Virus record (IMG/VR): IMGVR_UViG_3300035701_000087
Coordinates: 1-41,929 of that record
Reading direction: 5' to 3' (one strand)
From: a virus
Lineage: Duplodnaviria > Caudoviricetes
Length of the DNA stretch: 41,929 bases
Below are positions 18,230 to 27,815 of this stretch, piece after piece (position 1 is the first letter of the stretch; every line of letters starts with the position of its first letter). Under the pieces are notes generated by a model, which was given only the letters and a program-made list of their open reading frames with translations, was not told where the DNA came from and ran no database searches. Made by a program: the position numbers and the translations under genes.

Positions 18230-19750
18230 ATGGCAATACAACCTTTAGACATAATTATCCGGTTAAAAGATGAAGTCACTAATAAGATAAAAGGTGTCCG
18301 TGAAGGTATCAAGAGTTTTACTTCCGACCTCACTTCTTTATCAAGCATTATTACCGGAACAGTTGTTGGGGTAGGTTTCAAATCTTTATTTGATGCCTAC
18401 GAAGAAGCCGAGGTTGCTCAAACAAAATTATCAGGTGCTCTCCGGTCTCAGGGAAAATATTCAAAAGAACTTACCGATGCATTCATTAAGAATGCCAGCG
18501 CTCTCCAGGACTTAACCATCTATAATGATGAAGCCATTCTTTCTGCTCAAGCCTTTTCAATGAGCATGGGAATGTCTTCCAATGTAGTTTCAAAAATCAC
18601 TCCCTTGGTATTGGACTTTGCTTCTGCAATGAACTTGGATTTGGATACTGCATTCCGGGCAGTAAGTCTTGCCGCAGATGGCAATACTGGTTTACTAAGA
18701 AGATATGGAGTGATTGTAGATGAATCTGAATTGAAGTCAAAAGGATTCGGAGCAGTATTAACAACTATGCAGAAGAACTTTGGTGGCATGGCTGAATCTA
18801 TTAAAAATTCTGGAATCGGGCCAATGAAACAATTCCAGAATACTATTGGAGATGTAAAAGAGAGACTTGGAAAAGATATGATTCCATCTCTCAATGATGT
18901 ATTAAAAGTATTTGTAGAATGGCTTCCTACTATTGAGAAAGTTGGAATTGGTTCGATGGCAGTAATTTCTACCATGATTCAAGGGTTTTCAAATGTTGCT
19001 TCTGTTATAATGAAAGTAATAAATTTTGATTTTAAATCTATTCCCGATGTCTTGAAAGAACATGGAGATAATATAGATGAAATATGGTCTACCGCGATGG
19101 AGAGAATTAATACTATTAGCGAGGAGGCAAATGAAAGAGAAAAAGAGACTTTAGAAGCGAAAGTTGAAAACCATGCTTTGACAGCAGAACAGATAAAAGA
19201 AATTAATGAGGAATTAGGAAAAGATTCTTTAGAAAAAACTAAACTTTGGAATGAACAAATTTCTGGACTTATGGTTGCTGGAGTAAGGGATTGGGGTTCT
19301 GCTTTTGAGAAATTTAAAAATTATGTAGTTGATTATGTATTAAAAGAACTTGCTGATGAAATAGTTAAAGCCATAGGTTTGGGAAAGGCATTAAAGACTG
19401 TTCTTGGTGGAATTGGTGGTGGCGGAGTTATAGGTTTTCTGGGTGGAATACTTGGATTCCAATCTGGAGGAACTCTCAATGAACCCGTGGTTGGAGTTGG
19501 ACGTTCTGGACAGGTATATTCTTTTGCAGAACATGGCTCCGAAACTTTTGCTCCTTTGGGAAGTTCTCCAGGAGGCGGTGGTGGCACAAGCATCGGTCAA
19601 ATAATAATTCAATTTCCAAATGTGACTTCCTTTGCAGACTGGATGGCGGCTCCCCCATCTTTGATAAAAGAAATTACAGAAAAGAAATTCTTTGAAGCAT
19701 ATAGAAGCCTTGCCAGAGAAGGCAAGATGACAGAGGTGACCAAGGTATGA
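18230..19750 (+). CDS. Tape measure protein (short, 506 aa)
   Basis: Helical, N-terminal IIIRLKD, C-terminal FQSGG...AEHGSE motif; position. Confidence 0.85.
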   Translation: MAIQPLDIIIRLKDEVTNKIKGVREGIKSFTSDLTSLSSIITGTVVGVGFKSLFDAYEEAEVAQTKLSGALRSQGKYSKELTDAFIKNASALQDLTIYNDEAILSAQAFSMSMGMSSNVVSKITPLVLDFASAMNLDLDTAFRAVSLAADGNTGLLRRYGVIVDESELKSKGFGAVLTTMQKNFGGMAESIKNSGIGPMKQFQNTIGDVKERLGKDMIPSLNDVLKVFVEWLPTIEKVGIGSMAVISTMIQGFSNVASVIMKVINFDFKSIPDVLKEHGDNIDEIWSTAMERINTISEEANEREKETLEAKVENHALTAEQIKEINEELGKDSLEKTKLWNEQISGLMVAGVRDWGSAFEKFKNYVVDYVLKELADEIVKAIGLGKALKTVLGGIGGGGVIGFLGGILGFQSGGTLNEPVVGVGRSGQVYSFAEHGSETFAPLGSSPGGGGGTSIGQIIIQFPNVTSFADWMAAPPSLIKEITEKKFFEAYRSLAREGKMTEVTKV

Positions 19751-20112
19751 GTAATATGAGATTGACAGATGGAATAAATCCTATTGATTTTGATTCAACG
19801 CCTGGATATAGAAAACCTGGAATACAAAATAAATTAAGTATGAGGGCACTGCTTGGAACTCTTTATACTTATTTAATTTTCAATAAAAAATATTATTCTG
19901 TGCCAATGGATTTTGTGAATCTTACTGATAAAAATATAATAGTGGGTTGGTTTGAGAATGTAACTACTTTAACTTTCTATCCTGATTATACCAGTAATCC
20001 AGGAACATATTATTCAGTAAAAATTATGAATAAAAATAATCCTCTTGATTCTTTTGCAGGGCCCAATTGGGAAACATTCTTTAGAGGCACTTTGGAGTTG
20101 GAAGAACTATGA
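19747..20112 (+). CDS. Distal tail-like protein
   Basis: Directly after tape measure; 121 aa ending LELEEL. Confidence 0.6.
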   Translation: MSNMRLTDGINPIDFDSTPGYRKPGIQNKLSMRALLGTLYTYLIFNKKYYSVPMDFVNLTDKNIIVGWFENVTTLTFYPDYTSNPGTYYSVKIMNKNNPLDSFAGPNWETFFRGTLELEEL

Positions 20113-21704
20113 GTTATACAACTGATTTTTTAAGTTTAAAATCCATTCCCAATTACAATTTTTATTTTTTAATAGATGGAGTTAATTATTCTGAATACGT
20201 TACAAGAATATCATCTCTTTCCAGAAATGTAAGAAGCATTACCCTTGGAAATATTTCTGTTACTCTTGCAAATACTACTCAGATTTTTAATACTATTCTA
20301 ACTAATAAAAGTGCTTGGTTAAAAAAAACCTGCATAATAGGATTCAATATACCTATTTATTTATGGGATGAGTTTACCTGGGATAATTATGAATGGGCGG
20401 ATGGCTATATTTTATTTACTGGAGTTTTAGATGATGCAGATTTCAGGGAAGGAGAAGTGGATTTGACTTTAAGAGATGACACTTCTATTGTTTTGGAAAC
20501 AGAAGTCGGAGATGATGATGATTCTTTTGTAGTCAATGATGATAATAAATATCTTGATTTTGCAAGGACAGGATGGGGACAAGTTAATGTCGAGGTAGCA
20601 GAAGGCACTTATAAAATAGCAGGATTAAATCAAGATGATGTTGGTTCTTTATGCGAGGCGATATACAATGCCTTGCATACCGCAGATCCAGTAAGCACTT
20701 ACACAGTGACTTCAAGTAATTCTACAAGGAAATTTACAATCACTCGTTCTGCTGGAGAATTAAAATTATTATGGAAGAGTGGTAAGTATGGTTCGCAAGC
20801 ACCCATTGAAGCAAATAGAAATAAAAATATTGGAACTCTTCTTGGCTTCGATACTTCTGTTGATAATATTGGCTCTGCTTCTTATACCGCTGGCACCGCA
20901 GTAATCCAATCTCTAAATTATTTTCATAGTTCATATAATCCTGCTGACCTGGCTTGGACAATTCTCACAACCTACGGTGGATTGGATACCACTGCAAGTT
21001 CTGCAAATACAGATATTGATTATGATTTATGGGTGGCTTGGAAATCATACTGCACAACTTTTCAATATTCTATTCAGGGACATTTTACGGGAGAGACCAT
21101 TGAAGAATTATTAATAAAAATAGCAAGAATAACTGATAGCATGATTTATGTTACCGGAGCTGGCAAAATAGGATTCAGAATTTTTATTGAAGATACAACC
21201 TCTCCGACTGATATAACCAGAGATGACTTATTGGAGTTCCCTCGAGTATTTATTGATAGTTCAGAACTTATGAATTATCTAACTGTTTATTATGGATACA
21301 ATCCTGCTAATCAAATCTGGACATCTTCCCATATTGCTCAAAATTCTCAATCGCAAACAGACTTTGGTTTATTTACTCTGCAAGAAAAAGATGTGGTAGT
21401 ATGGCATTCAGGATATTACTCGGCTGAGGCTTATGCAGTTAAAAAATTGGATAGGGAAAAAGAGCCAGTTGGAAAGGGAGAATGCTTATTACCATTGAAA
21501 GGATTTACAACTGGAGTCGGAAGAGGACTTGATATTACAGAGGCATTCAGGGGATTTACAAATAAAGGTTTGAGAATAGAAGTTGAGAGAGGAGAGATAG
21601 GAAAGGGAGAAATGAATCTTGAAGGCGTAATAGTAGACTTAAAAGAATGGTTAATTCTTGGTGACCCTGTATTTGGAGAACTTGGAACTAAACGATTAAT
21701 TTAG
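20109..21704 (+). CDS. Baseplate hub / tail-tip protein
   Basis: LFTGVL, NPADLAW.IL, SQTDFG motifs; position. Confidence 0.65.
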   Translation: MSYTTDFLSLKSIPNYNFYFLIDGVNYSEYVTRISSLSRNVRSITLGNISVTLANTTQIFNTILTNKSAWLKKTCIIGFNIPIYLWDEFTWDNYEWADGYILFTGVLDDADFREGEVDLTLRDDTSIVLETEVGDDDDSFVVNDDNKYLDFARTGWGQVNVEVAEGTYKIAGLNQDDVGSLCEAIYNALHTADPVSTYTVTSSNSTRKFTITRSAGELKLLWKSGKYGSQAPIEANRNKNIGTLLGFDTSVDNIGSASYTAGTAVIQSLNYFHSSYNPADLAWTILTTYGGLDTTASSANTDIDYDLWVAWKSYCTTFQYSIQGHFTGETIEELLIKIARITDSMIYVTGAGKIGFRIFIEDTTSPTDITRDDLLEFPRVFIDSSELMNYLTVYYGYNPANQIWTSSHIAQNSQSQTDFGLFTLQEKDVVVWHSGYYSAEAYAVKKLDREKEPVGKGECLLPLKGFTTGVGRGLDITEAFRGFTNKGLRIEVERGEIGKGEMNLEGVIVDLKEWLILGDPVFGELGTKRLI

Positions 21705-21716
21705 TATAATAAAAAT

Positions 21717-21917
21717 ATGGAAGAAAGAAAACAAAGAACTATTAGATGTATGAAGTGCGGCAGAGAAGAAACAGAGAAGATATTCGGGTCCGGATTTCCT
21801 GGTTGGTTGCAATTATGTGAGTTAACATATATTGATGAACTTACTAAAAAAGAAAAGAGTCCAGAAGTATGCCCACAATGCAAAATGCTTTTGATTAATT
21901 TTTTAGAAAATAAATAG
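21717..21917 (+). CDS. Small zinc-finger protein
   Basis: CMKC...CPQC. Confidence 0.6.
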   Translation: MEERKQRTIRCMKCGREETEKIFGSGFPGWLQLCELTYIDELTKKEKSPEVCPQCKMLLINFLENK

Positions 21918-21928
21918 AGGAGGACTTT

Positions 21929-22144
21929 ATGGCTGTTTGGACAAATCTTAGCTTCTCCTATCTTGAAATATTATCTCATACCAAAATGAATCAAATGGAT
22001 GCCAACTTCGATGCGCTTACTGAAGGTGCCGCGGGTGCTCCAAAGATTCAGACTGCGGCAATCACTGATGCCAACGTTACTCTTGCAAAATTAAGTTCGG
22101 ATGTTTTTGGAAAACTTCTTGCTTATATTATTGTATTTTCTTAG
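21929..22144 (+). CDS. Small tail-fibre-related protein
   Basis: GAGGAGG SD; ITDANVTLAKL repeat-type motif. Confidence 0.55.
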   Translation: MAVWTNLSFSYLEILSHTKMNQMDANFDALTEGAAGAPKIQTAAITDANVTLAKLSSDVFGKLLAYIIVFS

Positions 22145-22153
22145 GAGGATAAA

Positions 22154-22546
22154 ATGTTTGATTTAGTAAATGTATGTAATATTAAGACTTATTCTGTTCC
22201 CGCATTGACAACCAGAACTTTTGAAATAAAAGCACCTGTGGGTGGTGCAGGAAAAATGAGATGGTTGAAAATAGACGTTCCCGCCGGTTCTGCAAAAATA
22301 GAAATAAAATATATTACAGCAACTACCGGAGATACCACTTATTATATTGTGGGCAATCCCCCATCGGCGGCGGATTATGAATTCGGGTTTGAACCTTGGG
22401 AAGATGCCGCAGAAAGCACTTTGAAAGGTATTATGGTGGATGAAGATAACTATATAGAAATTAGTTTAACCAATGAAGGTTTATTCGCTGCACAAGATTT
22501 TTATTTATCTTTCTTTTTAGTTAATGCAACTTTAATTGAGATATGA
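22154..22546 (+). CDS. Hypothetical tail-region protein
   Basis: AGGAGG SD; 130 aa. Confidence 0.55.
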   Translation: MFDLVNVCNIKTYSVPALTTRTFEIKAPVGGAGKMRWLKIDVPAGSAKIEIKYITATTGDTTYYIVGNPPSAADYEFGFEPWEDAAESTLKGIMVDEDNYIEISLTNEGLFAAQDFYLSFFLVNATLIEI

Positions 22547-22608
22547 TATATTTATTAATAGAAGCATTAATATTAATAATTTTTTTGATATTAAAACGAG
22601 GAGGATTT

Positions 22609-23493
22609 ATGACCTGGCCCGTAGCAACAGTTGGAAGTGTAGCAAAAACAGATTTTAATAATTTGGTTTTAGGATTACAGGAATCAAATATTTTTGATAA
22701 TATTTTAATAAATGGTGGTTTTGAAATCTGGCAAAGAGGGAATTCTTTTACTGGTGCAGATAAATTTACCGCAGATGTTTGGTATATGTCTGGAGGCGGA
22801 ACTGGATATACTGTAAGCAGAGAATCTTCTATTGTTCATTCTGGAAATTATTCTTTAAAAGTAGTCTGCACCGAAGACTTGGTAATTAAACAAACTATTG
22901 AGAATTACAAAGAATACCAAGGGAAGGCAATATCTCTTTCTGTTTGGGTAAAATCAAGTGCCACTGGTCAAATGTGTTTAAAAATAGATGATGGAGTTGG
23001 AAATACCTTATCTGCTTATAATACTACCACGGGCTGGGAAGAACTAACAGTTACCAGAACCATAGATGCCAGCGCTACTAAATTAGAAATTTCACTTATG
23101 ATTTACAGCGATGCTACTGTTTATTTTGATGATGTTATGTGTGTTCAAGGTTCGGAAGCGGCAGGTTTCACACCCAGGAGTCCTTCCCTTGAATATGATT
23201 TATGTGATAGATGGTATGAAAAAGGAACTTACAGAAGCAGCCTTCCAACCACAAACAAAATACTTAGATTTAATTGTAGATTCAGAGTAAGGAAAGCGGG
23301 TTCAAGTTATACCATAAGTTTCGTTTTTGTAGTTTTAGATGATTCAGATAATATTGATACTACTCACTGGAGTTTGGTTACGTCTCCCCCTTCTTATACA
23401 GATGATTATATTTTTATTGAACTTCAAAGAGATATTCCAACAGCAGGACATTATTATGTTAATGCAGATTGGAATGTTCAAGTAGATTCATAG
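22609..23493 (+). CDS. Tail fibre / receptor-binding protein with carbohydrate-binding-module-like domain
   Basis: NILINGGFEIWQRG...ADVW, HSGNYSLK, GWEELTV, VYFDD; GAGGAGG SD at the chosen start (ORF open from 22543). Confidence 0.72.
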   Translation: MTWPVATVGSVAKTDFNNLVLGLQESNIFDNILINGGFEIWQRGNSFTGADKFTADVWYMSGGGTGYTVSRESSIVHSGNYSLKVVCTEDLVIKQTIENYKEYQGKAISLSVWVKSSATGQMCLKIDDGVGNTLSAYNTTTGWEELTVTRTIDASATKLEISLMIYSDATVYFDDVMCVQGSEAAGFTPRSPSLEYDLCDRWYEKGTYRSSLPTTNKILRFNCRFRVRKAGSSYTISFVFVVLDDSDNIDTTHWSLVTSPPSYTDDYIFIELQRDIPTAGHYYVNADWNVQVDS

Positions 23494-23501
23494 GTTTATG
23501 A

Positions 23502-24236
23502 ATGATAATGAAAAATGCGTGGATTGTAATCTTGCAGTTCCTCAAAAATATATTCTCGAATGCGAAGACTGCGGAAATAAAATCTGTGCCATCTGTATTA
23601 AAAAATGTAGATGTAAAAAATGTTACAGGAGATATAAAAAAAATGGAAGTGAAAGAATTCAAGTCAGCGAAAAATAAATTTTTAAGAATTAATCCTGATG
23701 TAATTCTGACTTCTTCGATTGACTTGGTTGCTTACAATTTAGATTCATTTTTTAGAATGGCAAATAAGATTCGATATGCGACAAGTGGTAAAAGAGAACC
23801 AAAAGGGCAGTTACAGTTAATTATTAATTATGCAAGAAAATATAATATTCCAGTTATTTTTACAGCAGATGACGTGAATGTAAAAATACTTAAAACTGGT
23901 AATTATATTTGGTTAGAAGTGTATAGTAAACTATTAGTTGAGGGATTAATAATCGCTGCTCCATGCGAATGCAAATGTTTATATGACTACAAAAATGCAG
24001 CAGGTGAAACAATAAAAGCAGGAACTATAAAAAAACCTTCTCCCCATTTTTTAGGAACTGCCCTTGATATCGGTGGTGGAAGCGGACAGGAAGGAGAAGA
24101 AGCAAAAACAATTGATGATGAAATTGAAATTGTAGAGAATGCAATGAAACAGAATCCTAATATTGGAATAGTTACATTAGTAAAAGAAAGAGAGAATAAT
24201 TGTCTGCATATAAATGTCAAGAATTTAGAAGTTTAA
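23502..24236 (+). CDS. Peptidase M15-like protein, putative endolysin
   Basis: SGKR, SPHFLGTALD (SxHxxGxAxD) and distal CLHI Zn-ligand motifs; last gene of the late module. Confidence 0.68.
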   Translation: MIMKNAWIVILQFLKNIFSNAKTAEIKSVPSVLKNVDVKNVTGDIKKMEVKEFKSAKNKFLRINPDVILTSSIDLVAYNLDSFFRMANKIRYATSGKREPKGQLQLIINYARKYNIPVIFTADDVNVKILKTGNYIWLEVYSKLLVEGLIIAAPCECKCLYDYKNAAGETIKAGTIKKPSPHFLGTALDIGGGSGQEGEEAKTIDDEIEIVENAMKQNPNIGIVTLVKERENNCLHINVKNLEV

Positions 24237-24252
24237 TATTTTTCGAAAGCCC

Positions 24253-24281
24253 TTGACTTCTTGCTTTCTATGTTGTATTAT
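24253..24281 (+). promoter_or_regulatory. Sigma70-type promoter of the early module
   Basis: TTGACT-17 bp-TATTAT in an intergenic gap. Confidence 0.7.
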
Positions 24282-24320
24282 ATGGTAGATGATTAAATTC
24301 AGATTAAAGAGGAAATTCAA

Positions 24321-24779
24321 ATGAAAGTAGAAGAAGCAAAAGTCGGACAAAAGTATCTCACCTTGCAAGGCATCCCAATTACCATCCTCAAAGTTCTACC
24401 ATCCAAAGTTCTGCTCAAATCAGAAGCTACCAAGAATGAAATAGAAGTCAAGTATGGTTATCCGATCCGGGAATACCAGAAAGACCAGGTTGATAGGGAA
24501 TCCCGGGCCCTTATGGAATCTTCCAGAGTCCTTCCAAGATGTTCAAAAACGCAGGAAAATGGCGGTTTGCGGCGTTTAAGTGAAATTATTGATGGTTACC
24601 TAACGGAAGGCCGTTATACTCCAAAATCCATATTGGATAAGATTATCGGAATTCCAGAAGCTGAAGGATATGGAAACCTTCTGGCAAACATCCATGCCCG
24701 TTGCACCGTTCACAAAAGGAAGGGAGACAAGATTCAAAAAACAGAAGATGGTAAGATTCTGCTTATCTTAAGGAAATAA
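24321..24779 (+). CDS. Hypothetical protein (first early gene)
   Basis: AGAGGA SD; 152 aa. Confidence 0.6.
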   Translation: MKVEEAKVGQKYLTLQGIPITILKVLPSKVLLKSEATKNEIEVKYGYPIREYQKDQVDRESRALMESSRVLPRCSKTQENGGLRRLSEIIDGYLTEGRYTPKSILDKIIGIPEAEGYGNLLANIHARCTVHKRKGDKIQKTEDGKILLILRK

Positions 24780-24780
24780 A

Positions 24781-24978
24781 ATGTTAAGATATTGTTGCTA
24801 CCATAAAAAATATTTTGGATATAGAAAGTTTATTGGATATAAAAATCCAATAGAAAATACTTCCGAGACTGATACTACATGTTGGTTATGCAATATCATA
24901 GAAAGAATAGAGGAGATGGTGCAGTCAGTAATTCAAAAATTCAAATTCATATTGAGAGGTGGGAATGAGAGAAATTAA
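24781..24978 (+). CDS. Hypothetical Cys-containing protein
   Basis: Tightly packed ORF; CCYH...CWLC. Confidence 0.5.
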   Translation: MLRYCCYHKKYFGYRKFIGYKNPIENTSETDTTCWLCNIIERIEEMVQSVIQKFKFILRGGNERN

Positions 24979-25441
24979 ATTCAGGGCATGGGATGTAGAT
25001 AATTTAGAAATGTGGTATTCTGCTGGAGATAATGATGACGGAGAATGGGGCAAGGCATGGGTTATAGATAAAGATGGAATTCATTTTGAAGAATATAAAT
25101 TGTGGCATAGCACACAAAACGGAGAAGATGTTGAACATGAAGATTGGCATACGCCTAAACAAGTTATCATGCAGTTCACAGGACTTAAGGACAAGAATGG
25201 GAAAGAGATTTTTGAAGGGGATATTATCAGAAATAAAAACAACTTTTCCTGTATAACTAATGATGATAAAAATCCTGATAGAAAAATTGTAATCTATAAT
25301 GATGAGGAAAGCAAGTTCTGCTTTGAATTCATAGAAGATAGACTTAAAAAAATCGGAGTATCTGGTTATAGTTTTTGTAAACAAAATCAAAATAAATTTG
25401 AGGTTATTGGAAACATTTACGAAAATCCAAAATTATTATAG
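24965..25441 (+). CDS. YopX family protein
   Basis: MREIKFRAWD, MQFTGLKDKNGKEIFEGDI, EVIGNIYENP. Confidence 0.95.
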   Translation: MREIKFRAWDVDNLEMWYSAGDNDDGEWGKAWVIDKDGIHFEEYKLWHSTQNGEDVEHEDWHTPKQVIMQFTGLKDKNGKEIFEGDIIRNKNNFSCITNDDKNPDRKIVIYNDEESKFCFEFIEDRLKKIGVSGYSFCKQNQNKFEVIGNIYENPKLL

Positions 25442-25451
25442 GAGGATTCAA

Positions 25452-26474
25452 ATGGCAGAAAAAAATCTATTCAAAAAGGCTGAGATGGAATTTGCATTTT
25501 TAAAGTGTGGCTGTCAGGGATTTGCGGGGTCGGGAAAAACCTTTACTGCTTCCAAGATTGCGATCGGTTTGCATAAGTGGGCTAACCTAAAAAAACCAGT
25601 TGCATTTTTAGATACCGAGACAGGTTCTGATTTTGTGATACCAGAATTCAAAGCAGCCAAGGTTGACCTGGTTGTATTCAAATCAAGAGCCTTTGTGGAT
25701 TTAGTAGCCGCAATTAAAGAAGCCGAGAAGAACTACTCAATTCTTTTAATTGACTCTATAACGCACTTCTGGACTGAATTACAGGATAGTTTTATGGCAA
25801 AGAGAAACGTAAAGAGAATTGCATTACATCATTGGATAGAACTCAAAAGAGACTGGAGACAATTTTCTGATGCATTTATCAATTCCAAGGTTCATATAAT
25901 TTTCTGCGGCAGGGCCGGTTGGGATTTTGACCATGTGGAAGATGATGAAGGGGCCAAGGAATTACAGAGAACCGGAACCAAAATGAAGGTAGAAGCAGAG
26001 ACCGGATTCGAGCCTTCCTTGCTTCTTGAAATGGAAAGAGTAAGAACCGATAATCAAAAAGTGGGCGCCGGAATTATCAATAGGTGTTGGGTTCTTAAAG
26101 ACCGCGCTAATAAAATCCAATCCATGTATTTTGATACTCCTGTATTTGATAATTTCTTGCCTCATATAAAGGCATTGAATATTGGCGGAACTCATAAGGC
26201 AATGGATACTTCCCGGACTTCCGAAGCCATGCATAAACAAGACTGGTCAAATGCAGATAATCAAAAGAAGAGACTCATATCACTTGAACTATTGAAAGAT
26301 GAACTGGACTTGAGATATCCAGGAAGAACAGATGAAGAAAAGATTATGAGAATAAAAACTCTCAAGTCTATTTATGGAACTTCTTCAAAGACAGAAATTG
26401 AGAATCTTCCATTGGATAAACTGGAAGATGGGATGGATAAGTTGAGAAAACTCAAGAAAGGAGGTAAGGAATAA
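25452..26474 (+). CDS. AAA ATPase, Sak4-like recombination protein
   Basis: Walker A GFAGSGKT, LDTE, Walker B LLIDS; followed by an SSB-like gene. Confidence 0.8.
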   Translation: MAEKNLFKKAEMEFAFLKCGCQGFAGSGKTFTASKIAIGLHKWANLKKPVAFLDTETGSDFVIPEFKAAKVDLVVFKSRAFVDLVAAIKEAEKNYSILLIDSITHFWTELQDSFMAKRNVKRIALHHWIELKRDWRQFSDAFINSKVHIIFCGRAGWDFDHVEDDEGAKELQRTGTKMKVEAETGFEPSLLLEMERVRTDNQKVGAGIINRCWVLKDRANKIQSMYFDTPVFDNFLPHIKALNIGGTHKAMDTSRTSEAMHKQDWSNADNQKKRLISLELLKDELDLRYPGRTDEEKIMRIKTLKSIYGTSSKTEIENLPLDKLEDGMDKLRKLKKGGKE

Positions 26475-26728
26475 TGCCAGAAGAATTTAGAACAAGAGAA
26501 CTGCACGAGGCTTCTGCATTGGCACTATTCACAAAACCAATTCGTTTGGAATATGATGAAAGATTAAAAGAAATTATTTTCATATTTCCTTCGGAAGCCA
26601 AGGAAAATTCCAATAAATATTGGAATAACGAATTGAAGGTGGATGCAAGAGAATATGCGAATTCATTCAAGGAAATGAAAATCCGATTATTCGCATATAA
26701 AAACAATAAGGAGGAAAATCATGGTTGA
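26474..26728 (+). CDS. DUF5659-like small protein
   Basis: FRTRELHEASAL...FIF...YWN pattern recognised from memory. Confidence 0.5.
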   Translation: MPEEFRTRELHEASALALFTKPIRLEYDERLKEIIFIFPSEAKENSNKYWNNELKVDAREYANSFKEMKIRLFAYKNNKEENHG

Positions 26729-27149
26729 AGAAAGAACGAACACGTCCGGTGGTGGTTCAGATGTAGAGGACGGAATTTATGAGTTAACTGTTATGGGTAA
26801 ACCCGGGAAGTTTGCTACTGCTAAATCTCATTATCGTCTTTGGAAGTTTGGTTTGGTATTGGAGGGAAAACCCAAGACAATAACAATTCTTTTATTCCCT
26901 TGGGAGTCTGAAGAATTGCTTCTGGCCCTTGGCGGCAGGAAGGAAGGAAAGGATACAATCTGGGACCCGGATAAGGTTGATAAAAAAAGAATCAAAGCAG
27001 AGATTGTCCATGAGGCAGATAACAATAATAAAATGAGAATGAAGATAAAGCGTGCTAAGGCTTTGAAATCCAGTTCAAAAGAGGAAGAAGAAGAACCGGA
27101 AGGGAATTCTAAAGAAAAAACAGAAGATGATATTGACATTCCCTTTTGA
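26721..27149 (+). CDS. Putative single-stranded DNA-binding protein
   Basis: Acidic tail ending DDIDIPF; next to the Sak4-like ATPase. Confidence 0.65.
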   Translation: MVEERTNTSGGGSDVEDGIYELTVMGKPGKFATAKSHYRLWKFGLVLEGKPKTITILLFPWESEELLLALGGRKEGKDTIWDPDKVDKKRIKAEIVHEADNNNKMRMKIKRAKALKSSSKEEEEEPEGNSKEKTEDDIDIPF

Positions 27150-27164
27150 TAGGAGATTATAATA

Positions 27165-27671
27165 ATGGAAAAAAGATTCTGCGGAATAGATTGCGGTTTG
27201 CGGGGTGGAATTGCCTTGATTGGTGGCAAAGAACCATTCGTTCAGAATACCCCTGTATTTACAATCAAGAATGGTAAGAAAATAAAAACTTGCTATGACT
27301 TAAATCTAATCAAGCAAATTCTTCTGGATCTAAAGCCAGATTTTGTTTGTCTTGAAAAATCTCAGGCATATCCCGACCAGGGTTCTGTTTCAAATTGGAG
27401 CACCGGATTTGGATATGGATTATGGTCTGGCTTGTTAGTTGGCATGGGATTAAAATATATGATAGTGCATCCCCGAGTATGGCAGAAGGAATTCTTCTTT
27501 GGAATGTCCGGGGATACCAAGGCTCTTTCGTATACAGTTGCTTGCCAGTTATTCCCTGAGTATGCAAAGTTTCTTACGGGCCCGAGAGGTGGAAAGTTAG
27601 ACGGTTGTAGTGACAGCCTACTTTTGGCCGAGTGGGGCCGCAGATGTTACCAAGGCAAGAAAAAAATTTAA
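27165..27671 (+). CDS. ruvC: RuvC-like Holliday junction resolvase
   Basis: GIDCG, VCLE, PRVWQK, DSLLLA. Confidence 0.85.
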   Translation: MEKRFCGIDCGLRGGIALIGGKEPFVQNTPVFTIKNGKKIKTCYDLNLIKQILLDLKPDFVCLEKSQAYPDQGSVSNWSTGFGYGLWSGLLVGMGLKYMIVHPRVWQKEFFFGMSGDTKALSYTVACQLFPEYAKFLTGPRGGKLDGCSDSLLLAEWGRRCYQGKKKI

Positions 27672-27684
27672 ATAAAAATTTTGC

Positions 27685-27713
27685 TTGACTTCTTGAGAAA
27701 AACAATGTATAGT
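27685..27713 (+). promoter_or_regulatory. Sigma70-type promoter of the endonuclease gene
   Basis: TTGACT-17 bp-TATAGT. Confidence 0.72.
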
Positions 27714-27736
27714 ATATCAGAAGTTGAATTTACAAG

Positions 27737-27811
27737 GACTCGGTGCAGAGGGTTTATTTTATTGTATATAGACCTCTTATAATCCACTGCACTGGGTTAT
27801 AGGAGGTTTTT
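27737..27811 (+). promoter_or_regulatory. Structured 5' leader with SD-sequestering hairpin and competing upstream strand
   Basis: 27771-27786 pairs with 27793-27808 (16 bp, covers AGGAGG); 27738-27748 pairs with 27787-27797. Confidence 0.7.
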
Positions 27812-27815
27812 AATT

